Shown: positions 38,133-47,987, counted from the stretch's first letter. The stretch is 64,000 nucleotides of DNA from an uncultured Clostridia bacterium (GCA_944332185.1 CALVJJ010000003.1:18905-82904), one strand, 5' to 3'. Program-made: numbers and translations. Notes: generated from the sequence alone by a model not told the origin.

Positions 38133-40721
38133 ATGGGTTTATCACCAATGATGCAACAATACATGCAGACAAAAGAAAAATATAAAAATGCTTTGCTATT
38201 CTATAGATTAGGCGATTTTTATGAAATGTTTTTTGATGATGCAGTGATTGCAAGTAGAGTTTTAGAGTTGACATTGACTGGAAGAGATTGTGGTCTAGAA
38301 GAAAGAGCACCAATGTGTGGTGTGCCATATCATGCAGTCGATACCTATATTGCAAAACTAATTCAAGCAGGATATAGTGTGGCTATTTGTGAACAACTAA
38401 CAGAACCAACAAAAGGGAAGATGGTAGAACGTGATGTGGTTCGTGTTATAACTCCCGGTACAGTAATGGAAAATAATATTCTGGAAGAAAAGAAAAATAA
38501 TTTTATTGCTGCATTATGTTATCGCCAAGGTGGATTTGGAATTGCATTTTGTGATATCTCTACAGGAGAAACTTATGCTAACCAATATGAAGGGGAAGAA
38601 TATTTTACCAAATTGAATGATATTTTGGTGACTATGAAACCTAGTGAAATACTAGCCAATGAAAAAGCAAAAGAAATAGAAAAAGATTTGCCAATTATTA
38701 AGTTACAGGCAATTCCTGCTTTTTCCTATGGATTTGACGACTATTTTGATTTTGACAAAGCTTATGCATCACTAAAGACACAATATAGCAGTCAATTAAA
38801 AGGTTCTGGTATAACAGATAAAAAAGATATTATTATGGCTTTTGGTACTTTGCTTCAATATCTATTTGACACGCAAAAAAGAAGTCTAAATCACTTAAAA
38901 CCAATTGAAATTTTGCATAATGAAGAATATGTGAATTTGGATATGAATACCAGAAGAAACCTAGAGTTATTAGAAAATTCTAAAGACCATAAAAAACATG
39001 GATCGTTACTATGGTTGTTAGATAAGACACAGACAGCCATGGGGGGAAGATGTTTAAGAAGTTGGGTAGATAGACCACTTTATAATTACACGCTAATTCA
39101 AAGAAGATTACAAGCTGTCAAAGAATTGGTAAATAACGTATATGCTAGACAAACCATGACTGAAATCTTAAGATCAGTATACGATATTGAAAGATTGGTA
39201 GGAAAGGTTAGTTATGGATCTATTAACCCAAGGGACTGTGAAGCTTTGGGAAAATCATTATCCAATTTGCCAAAAATCAAAGAATATCTTGCAGGATTCA
39301 AATCAACATTATTAAAAAATATCTATGAAAATATTTTTAATTTTGATGATATTACGTCCATGCTTACTTCTGCCATTGTAGATAATCCACCAATGGTTTT
39401 AAAAGAAGGTGGATTCATTCGTAAAGGGTATAATGCGCAAATGGATAAATTGACAGAACTTGCTGAAAATGGTGTAAAACTCATTGTAGCTTTGGAAAGT
39501 AAAGAAAAAGAAGAAACCGGTATTAAAAACTTAAAAATAGCCTATAACAAAGTGTTTGGGTATTATGTGGAAATTCCAAAGAGTCAACAAGATTTAGTTC
39601 CATATAGATATGTAAGAAAGCAAACTACTGTGAATTCTGAAAGATATATTTTTGAAGAATTAAAAGTCCTGGAAGATAATATGTTACATGCAAAAGAAGA
39701 TAAATTGCAGTTGGAACTAGAACTATTCAACCAAATTAAAGATGTGCTGAAACAAAACATTACTCCTTTACAAACAACAGCAAAAAATATTGCTATGTTA
39801 GATGCATTGCTTTCACTCGCAAACGTTGCAGTAGAAAGAAATTATGTCATGCCAAAAGTAGAAGAAAAATCAAAAGTCATCGAAATTATAGATGGAAGAC
39901 ACCCAGTAGTCGAGGCATTGTCTAAAGAAGAACAGTTTGTGCCAAATGATACCCATCTTGATGATGGAGACAATCGAACTATGATTATTACTGGACCAAA
40001 TATGGCTGGTAAAAGTACATATATGAGACAAGTAGCATTGATTACACTCATGGCACATATTGGTAGTTTTGTACCAGCAAAAAGTGCTACCATTTGTCTA
40101 ACTGACAGAATCTTTACGCGAATTGGAGCAAGTGATGATTTGGCTGCTGGGCAAAGCACTTTTATGGTAGAGATGGTAGAAGTCAGCAACATTATAAAAA
40201 ATGCCACCAACAACAGTTTAATTATCTTAGATGAAGTTGGTAGAGGCACCAGTACTTTTGATGGACTAAGTATTGCACAAAGTGTGATGGAATACTTAGC
40301 AACTCATTTAAGAGCAAAAACATTGTTTGCAACACATTATCATGAATTAACAGAGTTGGAAGGCAAATTAGAAGGTGTAAAGAATTATAAAGTCAGTGTC
40401 AAAGAATACAACAACTCTATTATTTTCTTACGAAAAATTGTCCGTGGAGGAGCAAACCGAAGCTTTGGAATTGAAGTAGCAGGTCTTGCTGGATTACCAA
40501 AAGAATTATTGGATCGTAGTAGAGAAATTTTACATGAACTAGAAGAAAAATCTTTATTAAATTTTGCTGATAAACAAGCAAAAGATACACAATTACAACA
40601 AGCAAAAGATGCAAAACTTGCGAATCAACTTTTGTTACAAATCAAAGATATAGATATAAATTACTTGACTCCAATAGGGACATTTGAAATTGTGTGTGAT
40701 CTAGTACAAAAAACAAAATAA
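38133..40721 (+). CDS. mutS: DNA mismatch repair protein MutS
   Basis: 862 aa with TPMMQQY, GDFYEMF and Walker A GPNMAGKSTYMRQ. Confidence 0.97.
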   Translation: MGLSPMMQQYMQTKEKYKNALLFYRLGDFYEMFFDDAVIASRVLELTLTGRDCGLEERAPMCGVPYHAVDTYIAKLIQAGYSVAICEQLTEPTKGKMVERDVVRVITPGTVMENNILEEKKNNFIAALCYRQGGFGIAFCDISTGETYANQYEGEEYFTKLNDILVTMKPSEILANEKAKEIEKDLPIIKLQAIPAFSYGFDDYFDFDKAYASLKTQYSSQLKGSGITDKKDIIMAFGTLLQYLFDTQKRSLNHLKPIEILHNEEYVNLDMNTRRNLELLENSKDHKKHGSLLWLLDKTQTAMGGRCLRSWVDRPLYNYTLIQRRLQAVKELVNNVYARQTMTEILRSVYDIERLVGKVSYGSINPRDCEALGKSLSNLPKIKEYLAGFKSTLLKNIYENIFNFDDITSMLTSAIVDNPPMVLKEGGFIRKGYNAQMDKLTELAENGVKLIVALESKEKEETGIKNLKIAYNKVFGYYVEIPKSQQDLVPYRYVRKQTTVNSERYIFEELKVLEDNMLHAKEDKLQLELELFNQIKDVLKQNITPLQTTAKNIAMLDALLSLANVAVERNYVMPKVEEKSKVIEIIDGRHPVVEALSKEEQFVPNDTHLDDGDNRTMIITGPNMAGKSTYMRQVALITLMAHIGSFVPAKSATICLTDRIFTRIGASDDLAAGQSTFMVEMVEVSNIIKNATNNSLIILDEVGRGTSTFDGLSIAQSVMEYLATHLRAKTLFATHYHELTELEGKLEGVKNYKVSVKEYNNSIIFLRKIVRGGANRSFGIEVAGLAGLPKELLDRSREILHELEEKSLLNFADKQAKDTQLQQAKDAKLANQLLLQIKDIDINYLTPIGTFEIVCDLVQKTK

Positions 40722-40731
40722 AGGAGATAAT

Positions 40732-42747
40732 ATGGCAAGAATCAATATTTTGGATAAATCTATTTTTTCAAAAATAGCAGCAGGGGAAGTTGTAGAAAGA
40801 CCAAGTAGTGTCATTAAAGAAATGGTGGAAAATAGTATCGATGCAAAAGCTACACAAATTACCATTGAGATTAAAGAAGGTGGTATTCAACTCATTAAAG
40901 TGGTAGATAATGGAATAGGGATCGATAAAGAAGATTTTCACAAAGCTTTTTTACCTCATGCTACCAGTAAAATTTGTCGTGTAGAAGATCTATCATCTAT
41001 CGCAACATTAGGTTTTAGAGGAGAAGCTCTTAGTAGTATTGCAGCTGTAAGCAAGGTTACCTTAGTGTCTAAAACACCCGATGCACCGATTGGGTATACC
41101 ATGTCCATCGAAGATGGAGAAGTGCAGTATGAACATGAAATGGGCTGTCCTCAAGGGACTACAATTAGTGCAAGTGATTTGTTTTACTGTGTGCCTGCAA
41201 GAAAAAAATTTTTGAAAAAACCAAAGCTAGAAGAAGCTGAATGCACGAATATCGTTAGTAGACTAATCCTTGCCAATCCTAATATTGCTATCAAATATAT
41301 TGCTGATGATAAAACGATCTTTCAATCAACTGGTACAGGTCTAAAAGATGCAATTTTTTGTGTGTATGGAAAAACTTTTGTGGACCAAATGGAAGAAATT
41401 GAGTATGACGATGGTCAACTACAAATTTATGGATTTATTTCAAAACCTAATTTTATAAAAGCCAATAGAACATATCAAACACTGATCATCAATGGAAGAT
41501 ATGTTTTAAATAGTCAAATTTCTGCTGCTGTTTATAAAGCCTATGAAGGGTTTTTGATGAAAGGGGGGTTTCCTGTCTTTATTATTCAAATGCATATTCC
41601 ATTAGATAAAATTGATGTGAATGTTCACCCTAACAAATTAGAAGTAAAGTTTGATGATAGTTCGCATATTTTCGGTATTATTTTAAAAGTGGTAGCTGAA
41701 AAATTGCATCACATGAATCATGTACAAAAGATAGAAGAAAATCAAAGAAAGTTGATAGAAGTTTTTGGCACAAATGATACCGTTTATGAATCAAAACCTT
41801 TTGTTGAAAAAATAGAAAGGGAAATCCCAAGTTCTACCAAAACATCAATAAAAGAAGTTAGTATTCTTAATGATCGAATGAATTCTGTTGCAAGAATGGG
41901 GCAAGGATATACGACTGTAGATACTTTCTCACTCGATAATCATGATGTACAAAATAACAATATCACGGAAAAATATGAACAAACAGAAACGCAAGCTCAA
42001 GATCGTGTGATTGCTGACAAGATGAATACGATTAGCAAATTATTTGATGATGGAGAAAACAAACTAAGAAGTGACAATGGATATTTTGCTGATCTAACAA
42101 AAAAAATTATAGAGCAAGAACAATTACAAAGTGACAAACAAGAAAAACAAGAGCAAATTACCAATCTAAATATACCAGATTATAAACAAATTGGCATTGT
42201 ATTTAATACTTTTATTTTAATAGAAAAAGGGGATCATTTGCTTGTCATTGATCAACATGCTGGACATGAAAGATTATTATATGATCAACTCAAACAACAA
42301 TATAATGACAGCGAAATTATGATTCAAGATTTGCTTGTTCCTTATGTTATGGAACTCAATCCTATAGAATATGCTTTCTTATTAGAACATAAAAACGCTT
42401 TTGAAAAAATAGGAATAGTGCTTGATTCTTTTGGAGATCATGCGATCAAGATATCTAGTGTACCATTGATCTTGAAAAATATAGATTTTGTAGAGTATAT
42501 GAATACAATTTTAAAAGATACACAAAATTTATCTATTAAAAAAAGTGATATGCTAGAAGATTATTTGGCAAGAACTGCTTGTAGAAGCGCCGTGAAAGCG
42601 AATGATATCTTATCGAAGGAAGAAGTAGATATTCTTATAAAAATGTTAGGGCATGAAGATCAAGTCTTATTGTGTCCACATGGAAGACCAATCGTTGTGG
42701 ATATAGATAAGAAGGAGATGGAAAAATGGTTCAAACGAATAGTTTAA
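40732..42747 (+). CDS. mutL: DNA mismatch repair protein MutL
   Basis: 671 aa with the GHKL N-terminus (IAAGEVVERPSSVIKEMVENSIDA, GFRGEAL) and the endonuclease motif DQHAGHERLLY. Confidence 0.95.
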   Translation: MARINILDKSIFSKIAAGEVVERPSSVIKEMVENSIDAKATQITIEIKEGGIQLIKVVDNGIGIDKEDFHKAFLPHATSKICRVEDLSSIATLGFRGEALSSIAAVSKVTLVSKTPDAPIGYTMSIEDGEVQYEHEMGCPQGTTISASDLFYCVPARKKFLKKPKLEEAECTNIVSRLILANPNIAIKYIADDKTIFQSTGTGLKDAIFCVYGKTFVDQMEEIEYDDGQLQIYGFISKPNFIKANRTYQTLIINGRYVLNSQISAAVYKAYEGFLMKGGFPVFIIQMHIPLDKIDVNVHPNKLEVKFDDSSHIFGIILKVVAEKLHHMNHVQKIEENQRKLIEVFGTNDTVYESKPFVEKIEREIPSSTKTSIKEVSILNDRMNSVARMGQGYTTVDTFSLDNHDVQNNNITEKYEQTETQAQDRVIADKMNTISKLFDDGENKLRSDNGYFADLTKKIIEQEQLQSDKQEKQEQITNLNIPDYKQIGIVFNTFILIEKGDHLLVIDQHAGHERLLYDQLKQQYNDSEIMIQDLLVPYVMELNPIEYAFLLEHKNAFEKIGIVLDSFGDHAIKISSVPLILKNIDFVEYMNTILKDTQNLSIKKSDMLEDYLARTACRSAVKANDILSKEEVDILIKMLGHEDQVLLCPHGRPIVVDIDKKEMEKWFKRIV

Positions 42748-43667
42748 CTCCATATAATTCCATTATGATTTTAGGGCCGACAGCAAGTGGGAAAACTGCT
42801 ATTTCTTTACAAGTAGCAAAAAAACTCAATGGCGAAATTATTAGTGCAGATAGTATGCAATTTTATAAAGGATTGGATATTGGAACTGCAAAAGCAACTA
42901 AAGAAGAACAGAATACAATCAAGCATCATTGTATTGATATGCTAGATTGGAATGACACCTATAATGTGGCAAACTTTAGAATAGATGTAGAACAAATTTG
43001 TAAAGATCTGTCTAAAAAAGGGAAAACGCCAGTGATTGTTGGTGGATCTGGATTTTATGTAAAGACACTACTAGATCCAGAGTTTCAAGACATTGATCTT
43101 GATTACACAAAAGAAAAAGAAAAACTGTCAGACTTGTTGGAAAAGAAATATTCTGATCATCAACTATACGAAATGCTACAAGAAAAAGATGCACAGTTAG
43201 CGAGTTCTATTCACTCTAACAATAAAAAAAGAGTGTTAAATTACTTAATCAAACTTATCTTACAAGAAAAAGAGAAAAAAAGTGTGTATCATAGCCAATT
43301 TACTTTAAAACCTTGTATTATTGTGTTATGTCCTGAAAGATCTGTTTTATATGAAAGAATCAATACACGAGTTGACCAAATGATGCAAGAAGGATTGCTT
43401 CAAGAAGCAAAAATGGTATATGATACTGTAACAAATCCTCATGCACAATGCTTGGGGGCTATTGGGTATAAAGAGTTTTTTCCTTATTTTAAACAAGAAA
43501 AATCACTGGAAGAATGTATTGATACCCTAAAACAAAAAACTAGGAATTATGCTAAAAGACAAATTACTTGGTTAAAACATCAAGTAAGTGGTGCTGTTTG
43601 GTATGATCCCATGAAGGAACAAAATCTGGCTGATATCATAGTTAGATTGTATCAAAAAACCAACTAG
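42726..43667 (+). CDS. miaA: tRNA dimethylallyltransferase MiaA
   Basis: 313 aa with the P-loop GPTASGKT. It overlaps the mutL 3-prime end by 22 nt. Confidence 0.9.
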   Translation: MVQTNSLTPYNSIMILGPTASGKTAISLQVAKKLNGEIISADSMQFYKGLDIGTAKATKEEQNTIKHHCIDMLDWNDTYNVANFRIDVEQICKDLSKKGKTPVIVGGSGFYVKTLLDPEFQDIDLDYTKEKEKLSDLLEKKYSDHQLYEMLQEKDAQLASSIHSNNKKRVLNYLIKLILQEKEKKSVYHSQFTLKPCIIVLCPERSVLYERINTRVDQMMQEGLLQEAKMVYDTVTNPHAQCLGAIGYKEFFPYFKQEKSLEECIDTLKQKTRNYAKRQITWLKHQVSGAVWYDPMKEQNLADIIVRLYQKTN

Positions 43668-43670
43668 CTA

Positions 43671-43701
43671 AAAAAGAAAGAATGAACTTCTTTCTTTTTT
43701 T
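43671..43701 (+). terminator. Intrinsic terminator after miaA
   Basis: Stem AGAAAGAA / TTCTTTCT with a 5-nt loop, then a T-run. Confidence 0.85.
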
Positions 43702-43746
43702 GTTAGTTATTGGAAATCCAAATGTTGAAAAAAACAAGCATTTTTC

Positions 43747-43775
43747 TTGATTATTGGAACTAATTATTATATACT
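43747..43775 (+). promoter_or_regulatory. Sigma-A-like promoter for the M50 protease / scpAB unit
   Basis: TTGATT at 43747-43752, a 17-bp spacer, TATACT at 43770-43775. Confidence 0.45.
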
Positions 43776-43897
43776 TATAATATGTAGAATAGGAGTACTA
43801 TGCAATTTGTATAGAACAACTTTATCATTCTAAAAAGAATAATATATGGATATAATGATATATTTATCAAAATGAATAAGAACAAAAAGAGGCATAT

Positions 43898-44551
43898 ATG
43901 TTTTTTATATTAGATAGTTTACCTAAAGATATGATACTTATAGGTGGTTTGGCATTCTTAATTGCCATGATTTTTGCACTTAGTATTCATGAATTTGGTC
44001 ATGCCTATGTAGCATACAAATGTGGAGATTCGACAGCAAAAGTAATGGGAAGAATGACCATCAATCCATTAGTACACATGGATCCATTAGGAGTCATTTG
44101 TTGTTTTTTATTTGGATTCGGTTGGGCAAAACCTGTGCCTATCAATCCATTGAGATTTCATAAATATAAAAAGGGAATAGCTCTTACTTCTCTTGCTGGT
44201 GTCACCATCAATTTCGTGCTTGCCTTTTTTAGTTGCGGATTTGCAATGCTTATATCTAAATATGCAAATTTGGAAAATCAGTTTTTATTGTTCCTTTATT
44301 TTCTATTTGAGTTTAGTTATGCAATCAACTTAATTCTTGCTATATTTAATATTTTGCCAATTTATCCTCTAGATGGGTTTAGAGTGGTAGAAACATTTAC
44401 GAGTTATCAAAATAGTTATGTATCTTTTATGAGACAATATGGACCATTTATACTAATTTTAGTGATGTTGCTTGGTAGTCAGTTTTTGTCTTGGTTGTAT
44501 ACTATGATAGAAATACCAATTATGTTATTTTGGGGGCTGATCATTTTATGA
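43898..44551 (+). CDS. Site-2 protease family (M50) membrane metalloprotease
   Basis: 217 aa and polytopic, with HEFGHA in a TM helix and a downstream NILPIYPLDG motif. Confidence 0.8.
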   Translation: MFFILDSLPKDMILIGGLAFLIAMIFALSIHEFGHAYVAYKCGDSTAKVMGRMTINPLVHMDPLGVICCFLFGFGWAKPVPINPLRFHKYKKGIALTSLAGVTINFVLAFFSCGFAMLISKYANLENQFLLFLYFLFEFSYAINLILAIFNILPIYPLDGFRVVETFTSYQNSYVSFMRQYGPFILILVMLLGSQFLSWLYTMIEIPIMLFWGLIIL

Positions 44552-45324
44552 TGGAAGAAGAAAAGAAAGAAGATGGTTTGGCATTGCAAAATAACGAACT
44601 AAGTTTCAAATTGGAAAATTTTGAAGGGCCACTTGATTTGTTATTACATTTGATTCGAAAGAATAAGATGGAAATAGAGAATGTGCAATTAAGTTTGATC
44701 ACAGAACAATATCTAGCCATCATTGCTGATGCCAAAAGAATTGATATGGAAGTGGCTAGTGAGTTTATTGAAATGGCAGCATATCTAATTGAGATAAAAT
44801 CAAAATCTTTGCTTCCAAAACTGAATGAGGAAGAAGAGGAAGATATTGATGAAGAATCATTACTATTGCAAAGATTAAAAGAATATGAAGCAATCAAAGA
44901 AACATTAGACAAAATGAAAGCAATAGAGAATGTAGACCGCTTTTATCGTCAACCAGACAAACAAGCAGGGAAATTCCGTTTTGTTTTAAAAGATATGAGT
45001 TTTGATATGTTGCTTGATGCTTTTTCAAAATTACTAGTAAAAGCAACTTTACAAGAAGAAAAACCAGAACCAAAAGAAATCAAAAAAGAAGTATTTACCG
45101 TAGCACAAAAAATCGCAGCAATCAAAGATACATTAGTCATTAGGAAAAAGGTCATGTTTAGTGAACTTTTTGCACAATTTCGATCTAAAGACGAAATTGT
45201 GACAACTTTTATGGCATTGCTAGAAATGTTAAAATTGCAAGAAATAAAAGTGAACCAAACAGAAAATTTTGCCGATATTGAAATCGTGAAGAATGAAGAA
45301 AATACAGAAAGTGAGATAGTTTAA
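44548..45324 (+). CDS. scpA: Segregation and condensation protein A
   Basis: The ATG at 44548 forms an ATGA overlap with the upstream stop. FEGPLDLLLHLI is the ScpA signature. Confidence 0.85.
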   Translation: MMEEEKKEDGLALQNNELSFKLENFEGPLDLLLHLIRKNKMEIENVQLSLITEQYLAIIADAKRIDMEVASEFIEMAAYLIEIKSKSLLPKLNEEEEEDIDEESLLLQRLKEYEAIKETLDKMKAIENVDRFYRQPDKQAGKFRFVLKDMSFDMLLDAFSKLLVKATLQEEKPEPKEIKKEVFTVAQKIAAIKDTLVIRKKVMFSELFAQFRSKDEIVTTFMALLEMLKLQEIKVNQTENFADIEIVKNEENTESEIV

Positions 45325-45325
45325 T

Positions 45326-46027
45326 ATGGAAAATTTAAAATCAATCATTGAGTCTATTTTGTTTGTTTCTGGTGATGGAGTAGAAATTTTTGACATTGCA
45401 GACAAACTGCATATAGAAGAAAAAGAAGTCAATGCCGCTATTGAAGAATTAAAAAAAGACCATGAAAATACTGGAATTCAAGTAATTACCTATAATAAAA
45501 AAGTACAATTATGCTCCAATCCAAATAATGCTTCTTATGTCACAGAAGTTTTGAATCCAATTAAAGAAAAACAAATGACAAAAGCTGTTCTAGAAGTAGC
45601 AGCAATTATTGCATACAAACAACCAATTACGAGATTAGATGTAGAAAATGTGAGAGGTGTTAATTCTGATTATGCTATCTCCATGTTATTAGACAATCAA
45701 ATGATAGAAGTTGTAGGCAGAAAAGATGCAATAGGAAAACCTTTATTGTTTGGAACAACAGACCAATTTTTAAAAAGATTTGGGTTGCAGTCCATCGAAG
45801 ATTTGCCTGATTATGAAGAACTATTGAATCGTATTCAGGTTATTCATCAACCTAAAGATGAAGTTTCTTTGTTTGATTTTGAAAAACCAATGGATATCAA
45901 TCAAATTGAACAAAACGAAGATAAGATAGATGAAGAAGAACAAGTCAAACTTTATCATGAAAAAAAAAAAAAAATACAAGAAATGGAATCTCATTATCAA
46001 CAAGATGATGAAGAAAGCGCTTCTTAA
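45326..46027 (+). CDS. scpB: Segregation and condensation protein B with an acidic C-terminal extension
   Basis: N-terminal IESILFVSGDG and ITRLDVENVRGV motifs. It contains an A15 run at 45960-45974. Confidence 0.85.
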   Translation: MENLKSIIESILFVSGDGVEIFDIADKLHIEEKEVNAAIEELKKDHENTGIQVITYNKKVQLCSNPNNASYVTEVLNPIKEKQMTKAVLEVAAIIAYKQPITRLDVENVRGVNSDYAISMLLDNQMIEVVGRKDAIGKPLLFGTTDQFLKRFGLQSIEDLPDYEELLNRIQVIHQPKDEVSLFDFEKPMDINQIEQNEDKIDEEEQVKLYHEKKKKIQEMESHYQQDDEESAS

Positions 46028-46050
46028 ATATCACAATACAATGCAAATAA

Positions 46051-46086
46051 AAATACTATGGATTTTATTTCCATAGTATTTTTTTA
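46051..46086. terminator. Bidirectional terminator between scpB and lexA
   Basis: Twelve-bp stem AAATACTATGGA / TCCATAGTATTT flanked by an A-run and a T-run. Confidence 0.85.
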
Positions 46087-46169
46087 AATCATCTTTTTGT
46101 ATTATATAGGGTAAATAATGTGGTGTTTTTAGATAAGGTATAAGTATATGCTTAGTATCTTATTTTATT

Positions 46170-46790
46170 TTAAAATTTTCTAACAAGACCAATTACTTTA
46201 CCTAATATTTCAACATGATCTGTATAAATAGGCTGCATAGTGTCATTTTCTGGCTGTAAGCGATACATTCCATTTTCTTTATAGAATCTTTTAATCGTAC
46301 TATATCCATCAATCATAGCGGCTACGATATCACCATTTTCAGCATAAGGGGTTTGTTTTACCACGACTTTATCTCCATCGAATATACCGGCATTGATCAT
46401 ACTTTCTCCGGATACTGTCAACATAAACAATCCTTCTCCATGGAAAAGGTTAGGTGAGACCATAAAATATTCATCATATTGTTCTACTGCCAAAATTGGT
46501 TGTCCAGCAGTGACCACACCAAGCAAAGGAATACGAATATAGGAATCAGCATTTGGCAGGGAAGTAGGGGTAGAGTTTAGTTTATCTACTACTTCGATTG
46601 CTCTATTTTTATTAGGATTTTTCTTAATATATCCATCTTGTTCTAATTTTTGCATATAGTAGGCGATCGTACTAGTGCTACTGACCTTGACTGCATGACA
46701 CATCTCTCTAACTGTAGGTGGATACCCAAAATTGTTCAAGTGCTCTTTAATAAATTGTAATAATTGTTCTTCTTTATTTGTTTTCTTCAT
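46170..46790 (-). CDS. lexA: LexA repressor
   Basis: N-terminal winged helix (GYPPTVREMCHAV..SSTSTI) and an S24 peptidase domain (VSGESMINAGI...VVVKQ). The ATG at 46790 aligns with the Bacillus LexA N-terminus. Confidence 0.9.
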   Translation of the reverse strand: MKKTNKEEQLLQFIKEHLNNFGYPPTVREMCHAVKVSSTSTIAYYMQKLEQDGYIKKNPNKNRAIEVVDKLNSTPTSLPNADSYIRIPLLGVVTAGQPILAVEQYDEYFMVSPNLFHGEGLFMLTVSGESMINAGIFDGDKVVVKQTPYAENGDIVAAMIDGYSTIKRFYKENGMYRLQPENDTMQPIYTDHVEILGKVIGLVRKF

Positions 46791-46819
46791 AGAATTTTTC
46801 CCCATATCTTATTTTTACC

Positions 46820-46858
46820 ATTGTAACAGAATTTGTGACCATTGTCAAACAAATGTTC
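46820..46858 (-). promoter_or_regulatory. lexA promoter with an overlapping LexA box
   Basis: On the minus strand: GAACATTTGTTT (46858-46847) overlaps -35 TTGACA (46848-46843), followed by a 17-bp spacer and -10 TACAAT (46825-46820). Confidence 0.65.
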
Positions 46859-46868
46859 TATATTTTTA

Positions 46869-47918
46869 TTATTTTTCTCTAAGCTTTACTTTGGTAGAAG
46901 CTTGTCTTCGAATGTCATCACTCATAGCAGCATAATGTTTTCTTGTTGTATTCACATCTTTATGTCCCAACACATCTGCCACTACATAAATATCATTGGT
47001 TTCACGATATAGATTTGTACCATAAGTACTTCTTAATTTGTGAGGAGTGATATGTTTTAAAGGAGTAACCAAACTGGCATATTTTTTTACTAAAAGTTCT
47101 ACAGAGCGAACAGACATTCGTTTGTTTTGCAAACTTAAGAATAGGGCATGTTCTTCTTTTGGAATATCTTTCCTATTTAGTCTTTCTTCCATATAAGGTC
47201 GTAAAGCATCAGCTACTTCATCAGAAAAATATAAAACAACACGATTACCACCTTTGCGGGTAATACGAAAGGCATTTTCATTCAAATTGATATCTTCTAC
47301 ATCAAGACCTACACACTCTGATATACGAATACCTGTCCCCAAGAATAAAGATAACATTGCAAAATCTCTAGCTTTAGTATGTTTATGAAAACCTAATTGT
47401 TGTTTTGTCATGCCGTTACCATCTTCACTAGTATTAAGCATTTTGACAACTTCATCTGATTCTAATCTTATAATTTCGCCAAAGTGAATTTTAGGGGTTT
47501 CTAATTTGCTACCAACATTAGAAGATATTTTTTCTTTTTTAAAAAAATACTTCAAAAGTGCTCGAATGCTACTTAATTTTCTAGCTTTTGCTTTTTCTCC
47601 ATTACGATAAGTTCTACCATCTTGTTTGTAAACAGTCAAATAACTTAAAAACATCTCTAAGTGCGTGCTTGTGACTTTATTCAAATCTTCTAGCGTTAGT
47701 TGTCTAATGTCTTTATGGTAAAATTCTTCTGTTTCGTTGACTAAATATTCAAAGAATAGTTTGAGATCTCTTGCATAGCCTAAACGGGTCAAACTAGAAG
47801 TATTTTGTTCAATTCCCATTAAAAATTCTGAACAAAAGAAGGGTAGGGAGAGTCTCAATTCTCTAATTTTTAATATGTTTTCTTCATCTCTCTGTGTAAA
47901 ATAATCAATGTTTGCCAT
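46869..47918 (-). CDS. Tyrosine recombinase, Xer-like with an extended N-terminal domain (XerS-sized)
   Basis: 349 aa from the ATG at 47918 (the ORF opens with TTG at 47930). Catalytic residues sit in TGIRISEC (R), HKLRSTYGT (HxxR) and LGHKDVNTTRKHY (H, Y). Confidence 0.85.
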   Translation of the reverse strand: MANIDYFTQRDEENILKIRELRLSLPFFCSEFLMGIEQNTSSLTRLGYARDLKLFFEYLVNETEEFYHKDIRQLTLEDLNKVTSTHLEMFLSYLTVYKQDGRTYRNGEKAKARKLSSIRALLKYFFKKEKISSNVGSKLETPKIHFGEIIRLESDEVVKMLNTSEDGNGMTKQQLGFHKHTKARDFAMLSLFLGTGIRISECVGLDVEDINLNENAFRITRKGGNRVVLYFSDEVADALRPYMEERLNRKDIPKEEHALFLSLQNKRMSVRSVELLVKKYASLVTPLKHITPHKLRSTYGTNLYRETNDIYVVADVLGHKDVNTTRKHYAAMSDDIRRQASTKVKLREK

Positions 47919-47959
47919 GTTTTCACCCAAATATCTTATTTTATTTTTCTATTCCTAGT

Positions 47960-47987
47960 ATATCACGAACATAACTATTCGCAAAAT
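47960..47987. repeat. Imperfect inverted repeat (10-8-10) in the recombinase promoter region
   Basis: ATATCACGAA-CATAACTA-TTCGCAAAAT, with arms 7/10 symmetric and the inner CGAA/TTCG perfect. Positions 47973-47986 (AACTATTCGCAAAA) are identical to an arm of the 49240-49275 palindrome. A candidate -35 TTGCGA / -10 TATACT on the minus strand overlaps it. Confidence 0.5.

Noticed and set aside
39842-40249. 135-aa antisense ORF inside mutS. Similar antisense ORFs occur at 2915-3274, 9083-9430, 28619-28954, 44541-44912, 10134-10367, 29400-29675 and elsewhere.
   Set aside because: All lie entirely within well-supported genes on the other strand. They have no SD, their composition is low-complexity (Ser/Phe/Ile-rich), and they are the expected shadow ORFs of AT-rich coding DNA.
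46806-46868. Direct repeat ACCATTGT (46817-46824 and 46838-46845) between lexA and the recombinase gene, considered as an att-site duplication.
   Set aside because: The two copies coincide with the -10 and -35 regions of the lexA promoter. They are only 8 bp long and have no counterpart at the other end of any candidate element.
47966-47981. CGAACATAACTATTCG considered as a fourth LexA box upstream of the recombinase.
   Set aside because: Its spacing is CGAA-N8-TTCG rather than GAAC-N4-GTTC, and it lacks the AACAAATGTT core shared by the three good boxes. It is better explained as part of the dif-like inverted repeat.
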